A stretch of 64,000 nt of DNA, from assembly GCA_963205195.1 (NCBI GenBank), contig CAUJHR010000023.1, positions 89,054 through 153,053 of the forward strand. The letters are read 5' to 3'. A program made the translations under genes and the position numbers. The stretch is from Pseudomonadota bacterium. GTDB lineage: Bacteria; Pseudomonadota; Alphaproteobacteria; Rickettsiales; SXRF01. The notes below the pieces were generated by a model. The model was not told where the DNA came from. It saw only the letters and a program-made list of their open reading frames with translations, and searched no databases. Each line of letters begins with the position of its first letter. Positions within the stretch are counted from its first letter, which is position 1. Positions 29,726 to 38,936 of this stretch are shown piece after piece.

Positions 29726-31285
29726 ATGGATAATCCGTTATTAAAGGACTTCGAATTTACTCAGCCATGGCTTTCTGTATTTGCGCTATCAAATCTTATT
29801 CTATTTCTCTCCTGTATTGGCATTATAATTTATTTGGCTTTACGCAGGCCTGAAAGCTTCGCGCGCCCGTCTTCTATTATTTCTATACTGGCAATAATTT
29901 TATACCAGTTACCTTTGGTCTTATTCTCACCATTAATTTATAATTATTTGCCTAATGCGCGGTGGTTTGCTTTGAGCATTAATTTTGCGGTAATTTCCAA
30001 TTTATTATGGGTCGCGGTAACACCAAATTTAAATATGAAGTTTGCGTCATACAATAAGGAAATTAATGAATTAAGGGCTGACTTTAGTGGTCCTATATTT
30101 TGGTTACCTATCTTATTACTTTGTACCCTTCTAGTTTCTTATTTTTATAAGATTCCTTTTGATTGTACGGCATTATACGCTTTGTTTGTCGATCAGGACC
30201 TAACACTTTTAGTGCGGGAAATAACCGGTAAATTAATGGGCAGGACATATGCTCCCCACGTCCTAAATATGATAACGGGGGCAGTGGGGCCAATAGTGGC
30301 TTTCCTTGCTGCCGGACGTCTTTACATTTCCTTTTTGGAGAAGAAATGGGCACATATTCTGTTATGGCTTTGTTTGTTATTGCTTACAATAATAATTCCG
30401 CTTTTAGGCGGCGCTAAAGGGGCGTTTGTACCTATGGGTGTTGTTATGGTTATTACTGGCGCACTTATAGCAAGGAATTGGAAGGAAAGGGTTTTTATAG
30501 TTGGTTCTGTAATCATAGTCCTTATGAGTATGATAATGGTGGTAAAGGTTGCACAGGAAAGCAAGGTTGGAAAAGGAAATTACCGATTTAGCGCATGTGT
30601 TATGCGGCTTGGAGTGTGTGATAGAACAGAGGTTTTATTGAATTCACTTAAATTACCAAAAGATTATTATGGAATGTCAAGGGAGCGTATTGACCAGCTT
30701 GAACAAGAAATAGAGAGTGATTGCAAAATAACTGCGATTGAAGCCCAGGAGCCAGGACAAGTTCAAAATATTAATAATAGCCAATATGCGGAAAAGACTA
30801 TAGCAACCCATATAAAGGGCCTGTTTTACCGTATTCTAGCTAATCCATTGCAAGTAGCCTCATGGCATTATCTATATGTTTCTGAATATGGCAAGCCTGG
30901 TTTGGCAGGATTAGCACTTGCGAAGATATTTACCGATAATTATGTAAGTATACCTGCTAAAGTATGCGAAGTTTACTATTCTGGTGATAAAACTTCTGCC
31001 TGTACCGCACCTACAGGCTATTTCTTCACCTACCCTGCCTATTTAGGAATAGTGGGATTGCTATCTGCTTTCCTGCTAACGGTAGCTTTTGATATAATCG
31101 GGGCGTTGGTCATAAAATACCTGCCATATAATTTTTCAAGCCTTGCAATAGGGTTAATGGCAGTTGCAAGCCTTAATTTTATGGTAGCAGATTTTACTAC
31201 AGTTATAATATCGCATGGAGCAGGTATGGCGATCTGGTTATTAGCTGCGTTATGCCTGTATCACAGGTCAAAAAGATCAAGATAA
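29726..31285 (+). CDS. Polytopic membrane protein of unknown function (glycan locus)
   Basis: 519 aa with 10 or more hydrophobic helices and one ~110-aa Cys-containing hydrophilic loop (FSACVMRLGVCDRTE...ESDCKITA). I recognise no motif. Confidence 0.6.
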   Translation: MDNPLLKDFEFTQPWLSVFALSNLILFLSCIGIIIYLALRRPESFARPSSIISILAIILYQLPLVLFSPLIYNYLPNARWFALSINFAVISNLLWVAVTPNLNMKFASYNKEINELRADFSGPIFWLPILLLCTLLVSYFYKIPFDCTALYALFVDQDLTLLVREITGKLMGRTYAPHVLNMITGAVGPIVAFLAAGRLYISFLEKKWAHILLWLCLLLLTIIIPLLGGAKGAFVPMGVVMVITGALIARNWKERVFIVGSVIIVLMSMIMVVKVAQESKVGKGNYRFSACVMRLGVCDRTEVLLNSLKLPKDYYGMSRERIDQLEQEIESDCKITAIEAQEPGQVQNINNSQYAEKTIATHIKGLFYRILANPLQVASWHYLYVSEYGKPGLAGLALAKIFTDNYVSIPAKVCEVYYSGDKTSACTAPTGYFFTYPAYLGIVGLLSAFLLTVAFDIIGALVIKYLPYNFSSLAIGLMAVASLNFMVADFTTVIISHGAGMAIWLLAALCLYHRSKRSR

Positions 31286-31305
31286 CATAGTGGACTATGC
31301 GGCAG

Positions 31306-33750
31306 TTAATCCAGCGCAGCAGGGGAAAGCAGGATTAGTTTAGCATCTTCAACTAATAAGCTTGAGTTGCCAAAATGCTCTATGCCAATCTGTATATATG
31401 CTGCATCAGGCAAAGTTTTAAAGCGGTAAAGGAAGTTTCTATCTGGCCCTTTTTCCCCTAAGATGGTTTCGCTTAAAAACACTCTGGATGGAGAATTGTA
31501 GCCATCTTCTTTTATAGGCGCTCCTTGTTTGTTATATTGCGTAAGCCAGAATCTTAAAAGTCCATGGCCTTGTATATTAAATGCCATTTTATATTCTTTA
31601 TTACCTTGGACAGTTATTGGCTTTGATGTCTGCAGTAATGTTGATATATCCCGCTGGAAAATCCCCAAAGGCAAATGGGTTTGGGATATTTCACCATCTT
31701 TTGCTGCTTCAGATGAAAATAATATCCGTAGCAGTGTTTTTCGTCCGCCGACCAAAAAATATTTGGTTTTTTTCCAGCTTATATTATTAGCTGAAAAATC
31801 AAATATACTTAGGGGTTTCCTTAATAAGGGTGAGTTGCGTAAAGCATAAAGCTGGCTGCCACCAGATGTATAAACAAGCTCAGTATATTCAGGGTTAGCA
31901 ACGATTTCTTGTAATACTGAATTATAAAAAGTAGGCTGGGCACTTGCAACTATATATATATTAGTTATGCCGATCTTTTTAAGATTATTGAACCCTTCCT
32001 GAGGGCTGGCTGATTTATAAAAATCAGCCATACGGGGATCAAGGTTGCTTATCATCCGCCTGTTTGAATAATACATATCAGATGCTTCCATTGCCAGTAT
32101 CAAGGCATCCTGCGGTGTATTATCCCTGATAAAAGCCATAACCCTATGCTCAGGGTGTTCTTGCAAAGTTTTTTCCTGTAGCTGCCCTATATTTGATAAA
32201 TTCAGGCTATTAGCATAATATGGCTGTATGAATATTACGCCAAATTCTATTGCTATAAGCGATAATATCAGCCATGCGAATTTTCTGCGTATCCAATTAT
32301 CAGAATCAAAAAAAACTGCCAGCACCCAGCCGCTTAAGAATACCACAAAAGGCAGAATGATTAGCATATAGCGTTCTATGCGTATCATCTGATTTATGCC
32401 AAGAAACATAGAAATTATTATGCCTCCGTGATACGCTAATACTATGGCGACAGTCGCCCATAATATCATTTTGGGATTTGCGTTATCAGTGTGGTGATTA
32501 TCCGTTTTGAACCATTGTTTGATTTGTAAGCGGCTTAAAAAAAATGTAAGTGCGAAAATTAAAATCCAGAAATTCAGGGCATAGGATTCCGGGCTGAACC
32601 AGCCTTTAAATATGCCATACTGGATCTGGGCGGTAATTCCTTCTATACCCCGGCCAATAATAAAATAATCGTTCCATGCTAATTCTTTAAGGGTGAATAT
32701 AAGCGGGCTGTCACTTATAAGGGAACCCATCTTTTTATAATTCTGTAAATAAGGCCATAGGGCAAAAATAAAACAGGAGCTTATTAATGCTGAAATTCTT
32801 ATAGCCAGTATTTTCCAGCTTCCAAAGCCATGATAAAATAGCAATGCAACGATCATTAAAGGAGGAAAAAGCATAGCTTGCGAATGTGTCCACATTGTAA
32901 GCCCAAGAATACTGCCCTGAATAATCCCGCCTTTAAGGGGGGGCGTAGAAAAAGAAAATATTGTTGTGAATGCCAGCGCAAGCCCAAGGATAGGAAGGGG
33001 ATCTATAAGTGCATTTGCAGCCCCCATAAATAGAAGGGGGGTGGAAAGGAAAAGCAGGGCAGCGTATAGCCCGGTACGGCGGTTAATATATAGGCCAGAA
33101 GCGAATATCAATCCAGCAGCCAAAATAGCGCACCATGGGCTTATAAGGCGTGTAAGGCCAGGACTATCGGCATGGTCCTGCATAAGTTGCACAGCATAAA
33201 TGACTGCTATATAAAGTGGCGGGTGTGTCCATGGCCCATAAAATCCCGAAGGATATTTTTCTGGTGTTACCGGTGGATAATTATCCAATGTTTTATCATC
33301 AAAAATTATACGCCCGGTTGTTGCATATTCCAGTGAATCATTTTGGGTAAGAGGAATAAATATGCTATTTATAAGTAAGCCGATTATAAATAAAGCTATA
33401 AGGAAAACCGCTGCGCGCTCATCTTTTGTATAAGGCTCTTTTGTATATTTAATTATATTTTTTTCCTGCTTTGGAATCCATAAAATGGCGATCAGGTTTA
33501 TTATTACGAGAGCGCCAAAAATAGCATCTTTGTGTATTGCATGGCTTTTCCCCGGTAATAATAATAAAGCTGCTATAGAAATAAATCCTAAAAGGAATGG
33601 GGATAATGCAGCCGCAAAAAATAATGGTGTATGATATTTTTTTGAGGCATTTGACCAAGGCAATAAATTCACCAGCATGGCAGTTGCGCTATGGCATAGG
33701 AATAATGCAATTATAAGGTACAGCCATGCTGGAATTGAAGTTTCAATCAT
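31306..33750 (-). CDS. GT-C fold (ArnT/PMT_2-like) membrane glycosyltransferase with ~300-aa C-terminal soluble domain
   Basis: 814 aa. The N-terminal ~500 aa are polytopic, with an acidic first-loop motif (TQNDSLEYATTGRI) after a TM helix, as in polyprenyl-phosphate-sugar-dependent GT-C enzymes. The C-terminal part is beta-rich. The assignment is by architecture and neighbourhood, not a strong motif. Confidence 0.55.
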   Translation of the reverse strand: MIETSIPAWLYLIIALFLCHSATAMLVNLLPWSNASKKYHTPLFFAAALSPFLLGFISIAALLLLPGKSHAIHKDAIFGALVIINLIAILWIPKQEKNIIKYTKEPYTKDERAAVFLIALFIIGLLINSIFIPLTQNDSLEYATTGRIIFDDKTLDNYPPVTPEKYPSGFYGPWTHPPLYIAVIYAVQLMQDHADSPGLTRLISPWCAILAAGLIFASGLYINRRTGLYAALLFLSTPLLFMGAANALIDPLPILGLALAFTTIFSFSTPPLKGGIIQGSILGLTMWTHSQAMLFPPLMIVALLFYHGFGSWKILAIRISALISSCFIFALWPYLQNYKKMGSLISDSPLIFTLKELAWNDYFIIGRGIEGITAQIQYGIFKGWFSPESYALNFWILIFALTFFLSRLQIKQWFKTDNHHTDNANPKMILWATVAIVLAYHGGIIISMFLGINQMIRIERYMLIILPFVVFLSGWVLAVFFDSDNWIRRKFAWLILSLIAIEFGVIFIQPYYANSLNLSNIGQLQEKTLQEHPEHRVMAFIRDNTPQDALILAMEASDMYYSNRRMISNLDPRMADFYKSASPQEGFNNLKKIGITNIYIVASAQPTFYNSVLQEIVANPEYTELVYTSGGSQLYALRNSPLLRKPLSIFDFSANNISWKKTKYFLVGGRKTLLRILFSSEAAKDGEISQTHLPLGIFQRDISTLLQTSKPITVQGNKEYKMAFNIQGHGLLRFWLTQYNKQGAPIKEDGYNSPSRVFLSETILGEKGPDRNFLYRFKTLPDAAYIQIGIEHFGNSSLLVEDAKLILLSPAALD

Positions 33751-33765
33751 AATGCTTTTGCGAGG

Positions 33766-35757
33766 TTAATTATGCAATCCCATAACGTCCAGTGTGTTTA
33801 TGCGCCTTATGGTTGAGTTGAAATCCAAGCCTATTGTTTCTAAGTACCATTTTAGCGACATAGTGCGTGGCGCGTTCTCTTTCAGTATTTTTTCCATCGC
33901 ATATTCACGGGTTATCATTCCTTCACGTATCTGGTTGCTTCGGAAAGTATCAAATTCACTGAATCCGCATGTGGTTACATAAATATAATTATAAAATGGC
34001 GCCGTACCATCGCCAATCCGCCATGTGCTTGGGCTGTCCGGTGAAGTTTCCCAATTATAGGTTTCAAGCAGGGTTTTATCCACTTCATCTTCATTCCAGA
34101 GCATATGATTAAAGATAAAATAAAAATCTGTGCGCGGGGAAAGATAATATGATGTAAATGCGCTTAAACTATCTAAAAGTGAACTATTTAAATAAGCCGG
34201 ATTTTTAATAAATTGCCCTGCAAAATGCCCGATAAGTTTTATTTTGCGACTGATTGATAGATAATCCAGACGGTGCTTATCGAAATCAGGCTCAATTCCA
34301 CAAAAACCTGATTTAAAATCGGTATTTTCCAAAGGGTTTGCACACCATAGATCTAACTTTATGCCAGTTTGCGCTTTAAGCTCATTTACCACTGTGAAAA
34401 AATGCTTATCACCTGCCATGAACAGGGGAACCATTCCCAGGTCCGGCTTTTTAAGCCATGCTGAAACATTTTTGCGTATATTCTCACGTTTCTTCTTAAT
34501 ATCAGCAGATACCAGGATATTCTGTACCCCAAGCTCACCGCAAACCCTTGCAATATTACGGCGGGCAAGGTCGGTTACCATTCCCCAGTCATAGGTAAAA
34601 GTTATTGGCGTAAGCCCGAATTCTTTTTTAATGATATGCAGACCGTAACAACTGTCGCGCCCGCCACTGAAAGGAACTATTGCATCAGGGTTTTCTCCAT
34701 CCGTGCGATATTTCTGCAAGGAAGCAATGAATTCACGCTTGGCAGTTTCAGGGTCTATATTTTTATATTTAGTTTTATAGCCATGGCAATAATTACAAAC
34801 TCCCTGCCCATCAAATCTTATAAAGGGAAAAGTTTCAGGCAGTATGCAGCGCGTGCAGCGCTTAAGCCCGGCTAAGTTTTTTGCATTATAACGGATTAGA
34901 TTTTCATCGGCATTTTTTTGAATAATTACAGGCGGATTTTTTGCAGAAAAAACCATGTTCTGCTTAGTTGTGAGATTGCCATAAACTGGCAGCGGCAAAT
35001 TTTCCTGCGCCTTTCCAAAAGGCTGCATATCTAGATTATCAAGTGTAATATAAAGGCCGGTTTGCGGCTTGATCCAGTTAATTTCCTCAGTGCTTACCGC
35101 TTGTGCAAGTATATATCGTTCGGAAGCAAAAGTTAGTAATTTACGGCTTCTGTCTACAGAATAAAATAAATCCCCAGTATTAGTTGCCAGTACCATAAAA
35201 CCGGAATTATCATGCAGCCATGCAATAGAAGCAGAACCCTTAATCTCCTCAAAAAAATCCTGGGTCGCTGTTACAGGATGTTTTTTGCTGTTACAGGCTT
35301 TTTCCATATATGCCGCGACTATTTCAGTATCAACTTCCGCACTGCGCTGCAGATCTGGGTTTTTCTTCCATAATTCATTGGCATTAACTATGATACCATT
35401 ATGTACGACATTTACATCGCCGTAAGCCACTGGCTGGTTATTGCGGTCATCATCAGCGCTGCCATTGGTTACAAGGCGTGAATGGGCAATAATCGCGAGT
35501 GCGCCCCTGTTTTTATCCAGCTCATCCCACACTTCGCCTATAAGTTTATTATATTCCTGGGAAGCAATAAATTTTGATGCCGGATGTGCGCTTTTAAGAG
35601 TCCACGCCTTATTGCCTGCTGGCAGATAAATATGTATGCCAGCCGATTCTTTTCCCCTGCTTTCGGAAAACAAATATAGCTTTTTGAGTAATGCGCCGGT
35701 TTCCTCGCGGGAAATAATTGTATCTGCAGGAGCGACCAATCCAAAAATACCGCACAT
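33766..35757 (-). CDS. Fusion protein: class-II (Ntn) glutamine amidotransferase domain + N-acetyl sugar amidotransferase (WbpG/PseA family, PP-loop)
   Basis: The N-terminus MCGIFG has a Cys2 nucleophile, with HSRLVTNG and NGIIVN downstream. The C-terminal half starts with the Cys-rich CTRCILPETFPFIRFDGQGVCNYC and carries the PP-loop VPFSGGRDSCYGL, typical of the WbpG-type family. Confidence 0.8.
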   Translation of the reverse strand: MCGIFGLVAPADTIISREETGALLKKLYLFSESRGKESAGIHIYLPAGNKAWTLKSAHPASKFIASQEYNKLIGEVWDELDKNRGALAIIAHSRLVTNGSADDDRNNQPVAYGDVNVVHNGIIVNANELWKKNPDLQRSAEVDTEIVAAYMEKACNSKKHPVTATQDFFEEIKGSASIAWLHDNSGFMVLATNTGDLFYSVDRSRKLLTFASERYILAQAVSTEEINWIKPQTGLYITLDNLDMQPFGKAQENLPLPVYGNLTTKQNMVFSAKNPPVIIQKNADENLIRYNAKNLAGLKRCTRCILPETFPFIRFDGQGVCNYCHGYKTKYKNIDPETAKREFIASLQKYRTDGENPDAIVPFSGGRDSCYGLHIIKKEFGLTPITFTYDWGMVTDLARRNIARVCGELGVQNILVSADIKKKRENIRKNVSAWLKKPDLGMVPLFMAGDKHFFTVVNELKAQTGIKLDLWCANPLENTDFKSGFCGIEPDFDKHRLDYLSISRKIKLIGHFAGQFIKNPAYLNSSLLDSLSAFTSYYLSPRTDFYFIFNHMLWNEDEVDKTLLETYNWETSPDSPSTWRIGDGTAPFYNYIYVTTCGFSEFDTFRSNQIREGMITREYAMEKILKENAPRTMSLKWYLETIGLDFNSTIRRINTLDVMGLHN

Positions 35758-35758
35758 A

Positions 35759-37084
35759 TTATTTTCCAGATTCTTTGGCAGGGGTTGTATTGGAAAGCAT
35801 ATTCCAACCTAAAAGGAGGTAGCTTAATATCAGCATTATTGCAATACCGGTTATATAGCTAAGCGCAGTTGATATTGCTGCGCCTATAATCCCAAAGGTT
35901 GGGATAAGTAAAAAACAAAGTATGATGTTAACAATGGCAATACTCATATTCTGGATGGTCTGGTAAGCTGGATGGCCACTGGCCAGAAGTAAATTATCAA
36001 ATGGGGTAAAGCCTGATATAATAACATAGCTACCAAATAGGATAGCCAGCACTTTCCAGCCTTCAACCAATTCTTTATTGGCAATGAAATATTCCACGAA
36101 TATATAAAAACAAGGAATAACCAGTAATGCTAGTGCGAGCGTGCCGAGGAATACATAGATTTTGGAGTAATGCAATAATTGCTGTGCCTGCTTCCAATCC
36201 TTATCACGCAGGGCAGTTACCAGTATTGGGTTGAAATTGACGCGAAGCATGGAGAGTATATGTTGCAATCCATCTATGACCATAGCTGCAAAACTATAAA
36301 CACCCACATCGCTTTCACTAAGGAATACCCCAAGCAGCAAAACGTCAACCCTGGTGTTCATATCCAGTAAAATACTCCCAAGCGCACCTTTGAAACCAAA
36401 TTCAAGATGGGATTTTATCCATTTGCCACTAATGATCAAATGCTTGAGCAGGCCTGCCTTGCCCATGTAAACCAGCACAGAAATAATAGTAAGTGCTTCT
36501 GCGATAAAAAACGACCATGTGGCATAGGTAAAAGATAGTGAGGAGATACTTACGATAGCTATTCCTGCCAGTACGGTTAAATAACGTGTTGTTTGTAGCA
36601 GTGACAAGGCACGCATATGGCGCAAACCGTTAATATAGCTGATGAGCACTTTGTTAATAGGGAAAAGCATAAGGCCGAAGCCGGTGTAAGCTATAGCTTC
36701 TGCCGATTCTTCGCTTCCAAATATTGTTGCGATCCATGGCTCAGCCATATATATGCTACCGCCAAATACTATGCCAAACAGCAAGGTGACAGACATGGCG
36801 CTGGCAAGCATGGACCCACGTTCAACAATGTTTTCGCTATGGTAAGCAGTATAGCGCATTACCGAATTATGAATCCCGATTACGGCAACCTGCGATCCTA
36901 TAAGATACACGGCATAAGAAAGGTTGAAGATACCAAGCGAGGCTGAATCCCTGAATATCACAATAATGATATTCATAAGTACACCACTGGCAGCTAATAC
37001 AAAAAAGCTGCCCAGCGTCCACATTATATCACGGTTGATTTTATGCTTAAGCGCGGCCCTAATGAAGTTAATCAGCTTGTTCAT
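35759..37084 (-). CDS. MOP-superfamily oligosaccharide flippase (second copy)
   Basis: 441 aa with about 12-14 TM helices and a polysaccharide biosynthesis protein-like N-terminus. It lies only 1 nt upstream of the amidotransferase gene. Confidence 0.7.
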   Translation of the reverse strand: MNKLINFIRAALKHKINRDIMWTLGSFFVLAASGVLMNIIIVIFRDSASLGIFNLSYAVYLIGSQVAVIGIHNSVMRYTAYHSENIVERGSMLASAMSVTLLFGIVFGGSIYMAEPWIATIFGSEESAEAIAYTGFGLMLFPINKVLISYINGLRHMRALSLLQTTRYLTVLAGIAIVSISSLSFTYATWSFFIAEALTIISVLVYMGKAGLLKHLIISGKWIKSHLEFGFKGALGSILLDMNTRVDVLLLGVFLSESDVGVYSFAAMVIDGLQHILSMLRVNFNPILVTALRDKDWKQAQQLLHYSKIYVFLGTLALALLVIPCFYIFVEYFIANKELVEGWKVLAILFGSYVIISGFTPFDNLLLASGHPAYQTIQNMSIAIVNIILCFLLIPTFGIIGAAISTALSYITGIAIMLILSYLLLGWNMLSNTTPAKESGK

Positions 37085-37099
37085 TTCCCAAACTATTTT

Positions 37100-38098
37100 T
37101 CAAGTGCTGGCTATAGGTTTACGGACAATATCGCGGCTGGTCATAGGTGGATTCAAGCGCTTGTTTTCCTCATAATCGAACCACATGGCAAAAGAAAAAG
37201 AGTTGAAGCTTAACGAAAAGCAAAATAGCCAGATAAGGAAGGTGATTTCAGGTATGCTGCCAACGGCTATCCACAGCCATATCAGGCGTATGAACATCAG
37301 TATGCTCATGGCCATTGTAAGGAACCCAAAAGCATAAAAAAACACAAGGGGATGGAAATTGCGGATAATATATTTTTCCTTAAGCCTCCAGAAAAACAGG
37401 CGCAGCAGCAGGTAATTTATAGTGAACATAACCACGCGTATTTTAATGCCTGATACTTCACCTACATTATATACCGGCTCAACCGGAACATCGATAACCC
37501 GCATATTTTCTACATTGAGCTTTACCAGCAGGTCATTAGGCTGCCCGTAACGCTTATACATTTTATCCCAGTTAATGGCATTGAGTGCTTTAGCATTGAT
37601 TCCGGTATAGCCTGTTTGTGAATCCGCAACATGCCAGTATCCCGAAGCGATCTTAGTAAGAAGCGACAGCACCGCATTGCCAAAAAAGCGGACTTTTGGA
37701 ATTTTGCGGAAGGCATCGCCGGTAACCAGGCGGTTGCCTTTAGTATAATCTGCAACATCATTTACGATAGGGTCTAAAATAGCTGGTAAATCGGCAGGAT
37801 TCATCTGAGCGTCACCAGCCATTACAACTGCTATGTCTATATTATTATCCCGGCTCCATTTATAGCCTGTAGCAATAGCGCCGCCGACTCCTTGATTAAT
37901 AGTGTGCTCAATCAACATTATTTTTGAGGTGCCGAATAATTTATGACCTCTTATGACTTCCGAAGTTCGGTCTTTGCTTAAATCATTGATGATAACGATA
38001 ACATCAACAAATTCAGGCATTGTATCGATAACCTTTAAAATCTGCGTTTCCTCGTTATAGGCTGGAACTACAACACTTATTTTATGGTTATGATACAT
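37100..38098 (-). CDS. GT2 polyprenyl-phosphate glycosyltransferase (ArnC/GtrB/DPM1-like)
   Basis: ISVVVPAYNEE, the IINDLSKDRT acidic motif and MAGDAQMNPADL, plus two C-terminal TM helices as in ArnC/GtrB. Confidence 0.85.
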   Translation of the reverse strand: MYHNHKISVVVPAYNEETQILKVIDTMPEFVDVIVIINDLSKDRTSEVIRGHKLFGTSKIMLIEHTINQGVGGAIATGYKWSRDNNIDIAVVMAGDAQMNPADLPAILDPIVNDVADYTKGNRLVTGDAFRKIPKVRFFGNAVLSLLTKIASGYWHVADSQTGYTGINAKALNAINWDKMYKRYGQPNDLLVKLNVENMRVIDVPVEPVYNVGEVSGIKIRVVMFTINYLLLRLFFWRLKEKYIIRNFHPLVFFYAFGFLTMAMSILMFIRLIWLWIAVGSIPEITFLIWLFCFSLSFNSFSFAMWFDYEENKRLNPPMTSRDIVRKPIAST

Positions 38099-38205
38099 TT
38101 ATTGCCCATTATGTTGAAATATAAATAAAATCAGCAGCGATTTCTTTGTTAGGAACCATATATCAGCAGATTTCGGCGGAAACAATCTTTTTATAAGGCT
38201 GGTAT

Positions 38206-38934
38206 CTAGCGCGACGTTACTATCTCATTACTGCCTAAAGGCGCGGTGGGAACCAAAGGTTTATTGCGTTTGCAAACCTCTATCAATTCGGGATCGGCAT
38301 TAAGTTTGGTAAGCAGTGATACAATTCCTGCAAATGCACGGCGCTTGGAAATAATAGCAATTGCAGTAAGGGTGATAAGGGCAATATCTAGCGGTACCGA
38401 GGAATGGGCAATATAAAATAAACCCAGTCTGCTTTTCCACGGTCTGACTAACTGGTTATATGCGATGTTAGGGTCGGGTGCACTTGCAACAATTTCACCT
38501 AAATCAGAGAATACTATTGATGAAAAATCGGTAATGCCGGGGCGCACGGCAAGCAGGCCTTTTTCCATTTCAGTATATAGTTTTACTTCGCGGTCAATTT
38601 GCGGACGCGGGCCTACCAGACTCATTTGTCCGCGCAATATATTCCATAATTGCGGCAGCTCATCCAATTTATAACGGCGCAGCAAATGCCCTAATCCCGT
38701 TATGCGGGAATCGTTAAGCCCGGTAGTATCAATTTTGCTTTTATCTGCACCCACTACCATAGTACGCAGCTTATGCATCCTAAATGGCACCCCATTTTTA
38801 CCTACGCGCAGAGGGCTGTATAGCGGCCATTGCCTATCCTGCCCGTATATTGCGATAAGGCAAATTATAATAACAGGCGAAAAGATAAATAATATTGCAG
38901 ATGATAAAACTATATCCAATATGCGTTTACCCAT
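38206..38934 (-). CDS. Undecaprenyl-phosphate sugar phosphotransferase (PglC/WbaP C-terminal type, monotopic PGT)
   Basis: ILDIVLSSAILFIFSPVIIICLIA re-entrant helix, FRMHKLRTM, DELPQLWNILRGQMSLVGPRP. I prefer ATG 38934 (MGKRILD); it abuts the upstream AKR stop. The track's 39006 start would overlap the AKR by 70 bp. Confidence 0.85.
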   Translation of the reverse strand: MGKRILDIVLSSAILFIFSPVIIICLIAIYGQDRQWPLYSPLRVGKNGVPFRMHKLRTMVVGADKSKIDTTGLNDSRITGLGHLLRRYKLDELPQLWNILRGQMSLVGPRPQIDREVKLYTEMEKGLLAVRPGITDFSSIVFSDLGEIVASAPDPNIAYNQLVRPWKSRLGLFYIAHSSVPLDIALITLTAIAIISKRRAFAGIVSLLTKLNADPELIEVCKRNKPLVPTAPLGSNEIVTSR

Positions 38935-38936
38935 TA

